From the NCBI GenBank assembly GCA_040756235.1, contig JBFLZG010000007.1:1-25409 (forward strand): a stretch of 25,409 bases of DNA, read 5' to 3'. A model generated the notes under the pieces. That model did not search any database, had not been told where the DNA came from, and saw only the letters and a list, made by a program, of their open reading frames with translations. The position numbers and the translations under genes are program-made. The stretch comes from a bacterium. GTDB lineage: Bacteria > Desulfobacterota > DSWW01. Of this stretch, positions 25,240 to 25,409 are shown in pieces (position 1 is the first letter of the stretch; every line of letters begins with the position of its first letter).

Positions 25240-25409
25240 ATGAAGAAGCGAACATGGGCACCGGCAGGCGTTCTTATGGTTCTCTTGCTCTTGGCACTGG
25301 TGACGCAAGGAGAGGCTCTGTTCATCGACGACAAGAAGAGTCTGGAGATTTCGGCCAAGGTGCAGACCCGGGCCACGGTGCGTCTGCAGGAGAGCGACAC
25401 CGAGGAGAA
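25240..25409 (+). CDS. Exported protein, 3'-truncated (possibly a DUF1302-like outer-membrane protein)
   Basis: Not in the ORF track. Translated by hand as MKKRTWAPAGVLMVLLLLALVTQGEA/LFIDDKKSLEISAKVQTRATVRLQESDTEE, with a clear Sec signal peptide and a G-rich RBS. The DUF1302 guess rests only on the usual DUF1329/DUF1302 pairing and a beta-strand-like start. Confidence 0.6.
   Translation, partial: MKKRTWAPAGVLMVLLLLALVTQGEALFIDDKKSLEISAKVQTRATVRLQESDTEE

Noticed and set aside
1..25409. CRISPR arrays, tRNA/rRNA, transposases, integrases, phage or defence genes
   Set aside because: None were seen. The window is almost fully coding, with intergenic gaps under 250 nt.

Overview
GC-rich bacterial DNA (probably from an anaerobe; Deltaproteobacteria/Desulfobacterota-like by gene content, which is an inference) carrying 23 co-directional + strand CDSs, with the first and last cut by the window edges. 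It looks like one large anaerobic catabolic cluster. It holds two paralogous modules with the four-gene layout of class I benzoyl-CoA reductase (two 2-hydroxyacyl-CoA-dehydratase-like subunits plus two different BcrAD/BadFG ATPases; the first module is truncated). Alongside these are a CooC-type ATPase with no CO dehydrogenase nearby, a Cys-rich GMC flavoprotein, two exported DUF1329-like proteins, two tandem Cys-rich polyferredoxin-like proteins and a phytoene-desaturase-family flavoprotein. The rest is an acyl-CoA block: long-chain acyl-CoA ligase, PaaG-like crotonase, two acyl-CoA dehydrogenases, an SDR plus MaoC pair, and a split B12-dependent acyl-CoA mutase with a non-canonical active site. 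No benzoyl-CoA ring-cleavage genes (dch/had/oah) or thiolase are recognisable here, so the substrate is probably a hydrophobic, branched or cyclic compound and the pathway may be undescribed. One reductase subunit gene has an apparent 1-nt frameshift near its 5' end, and two intergenic gaps contain REP-like palindromic elements. No rRNA, tRNA, CRISPR or transposase was seen. All family calls come from motifs read by eye, not from database searches.
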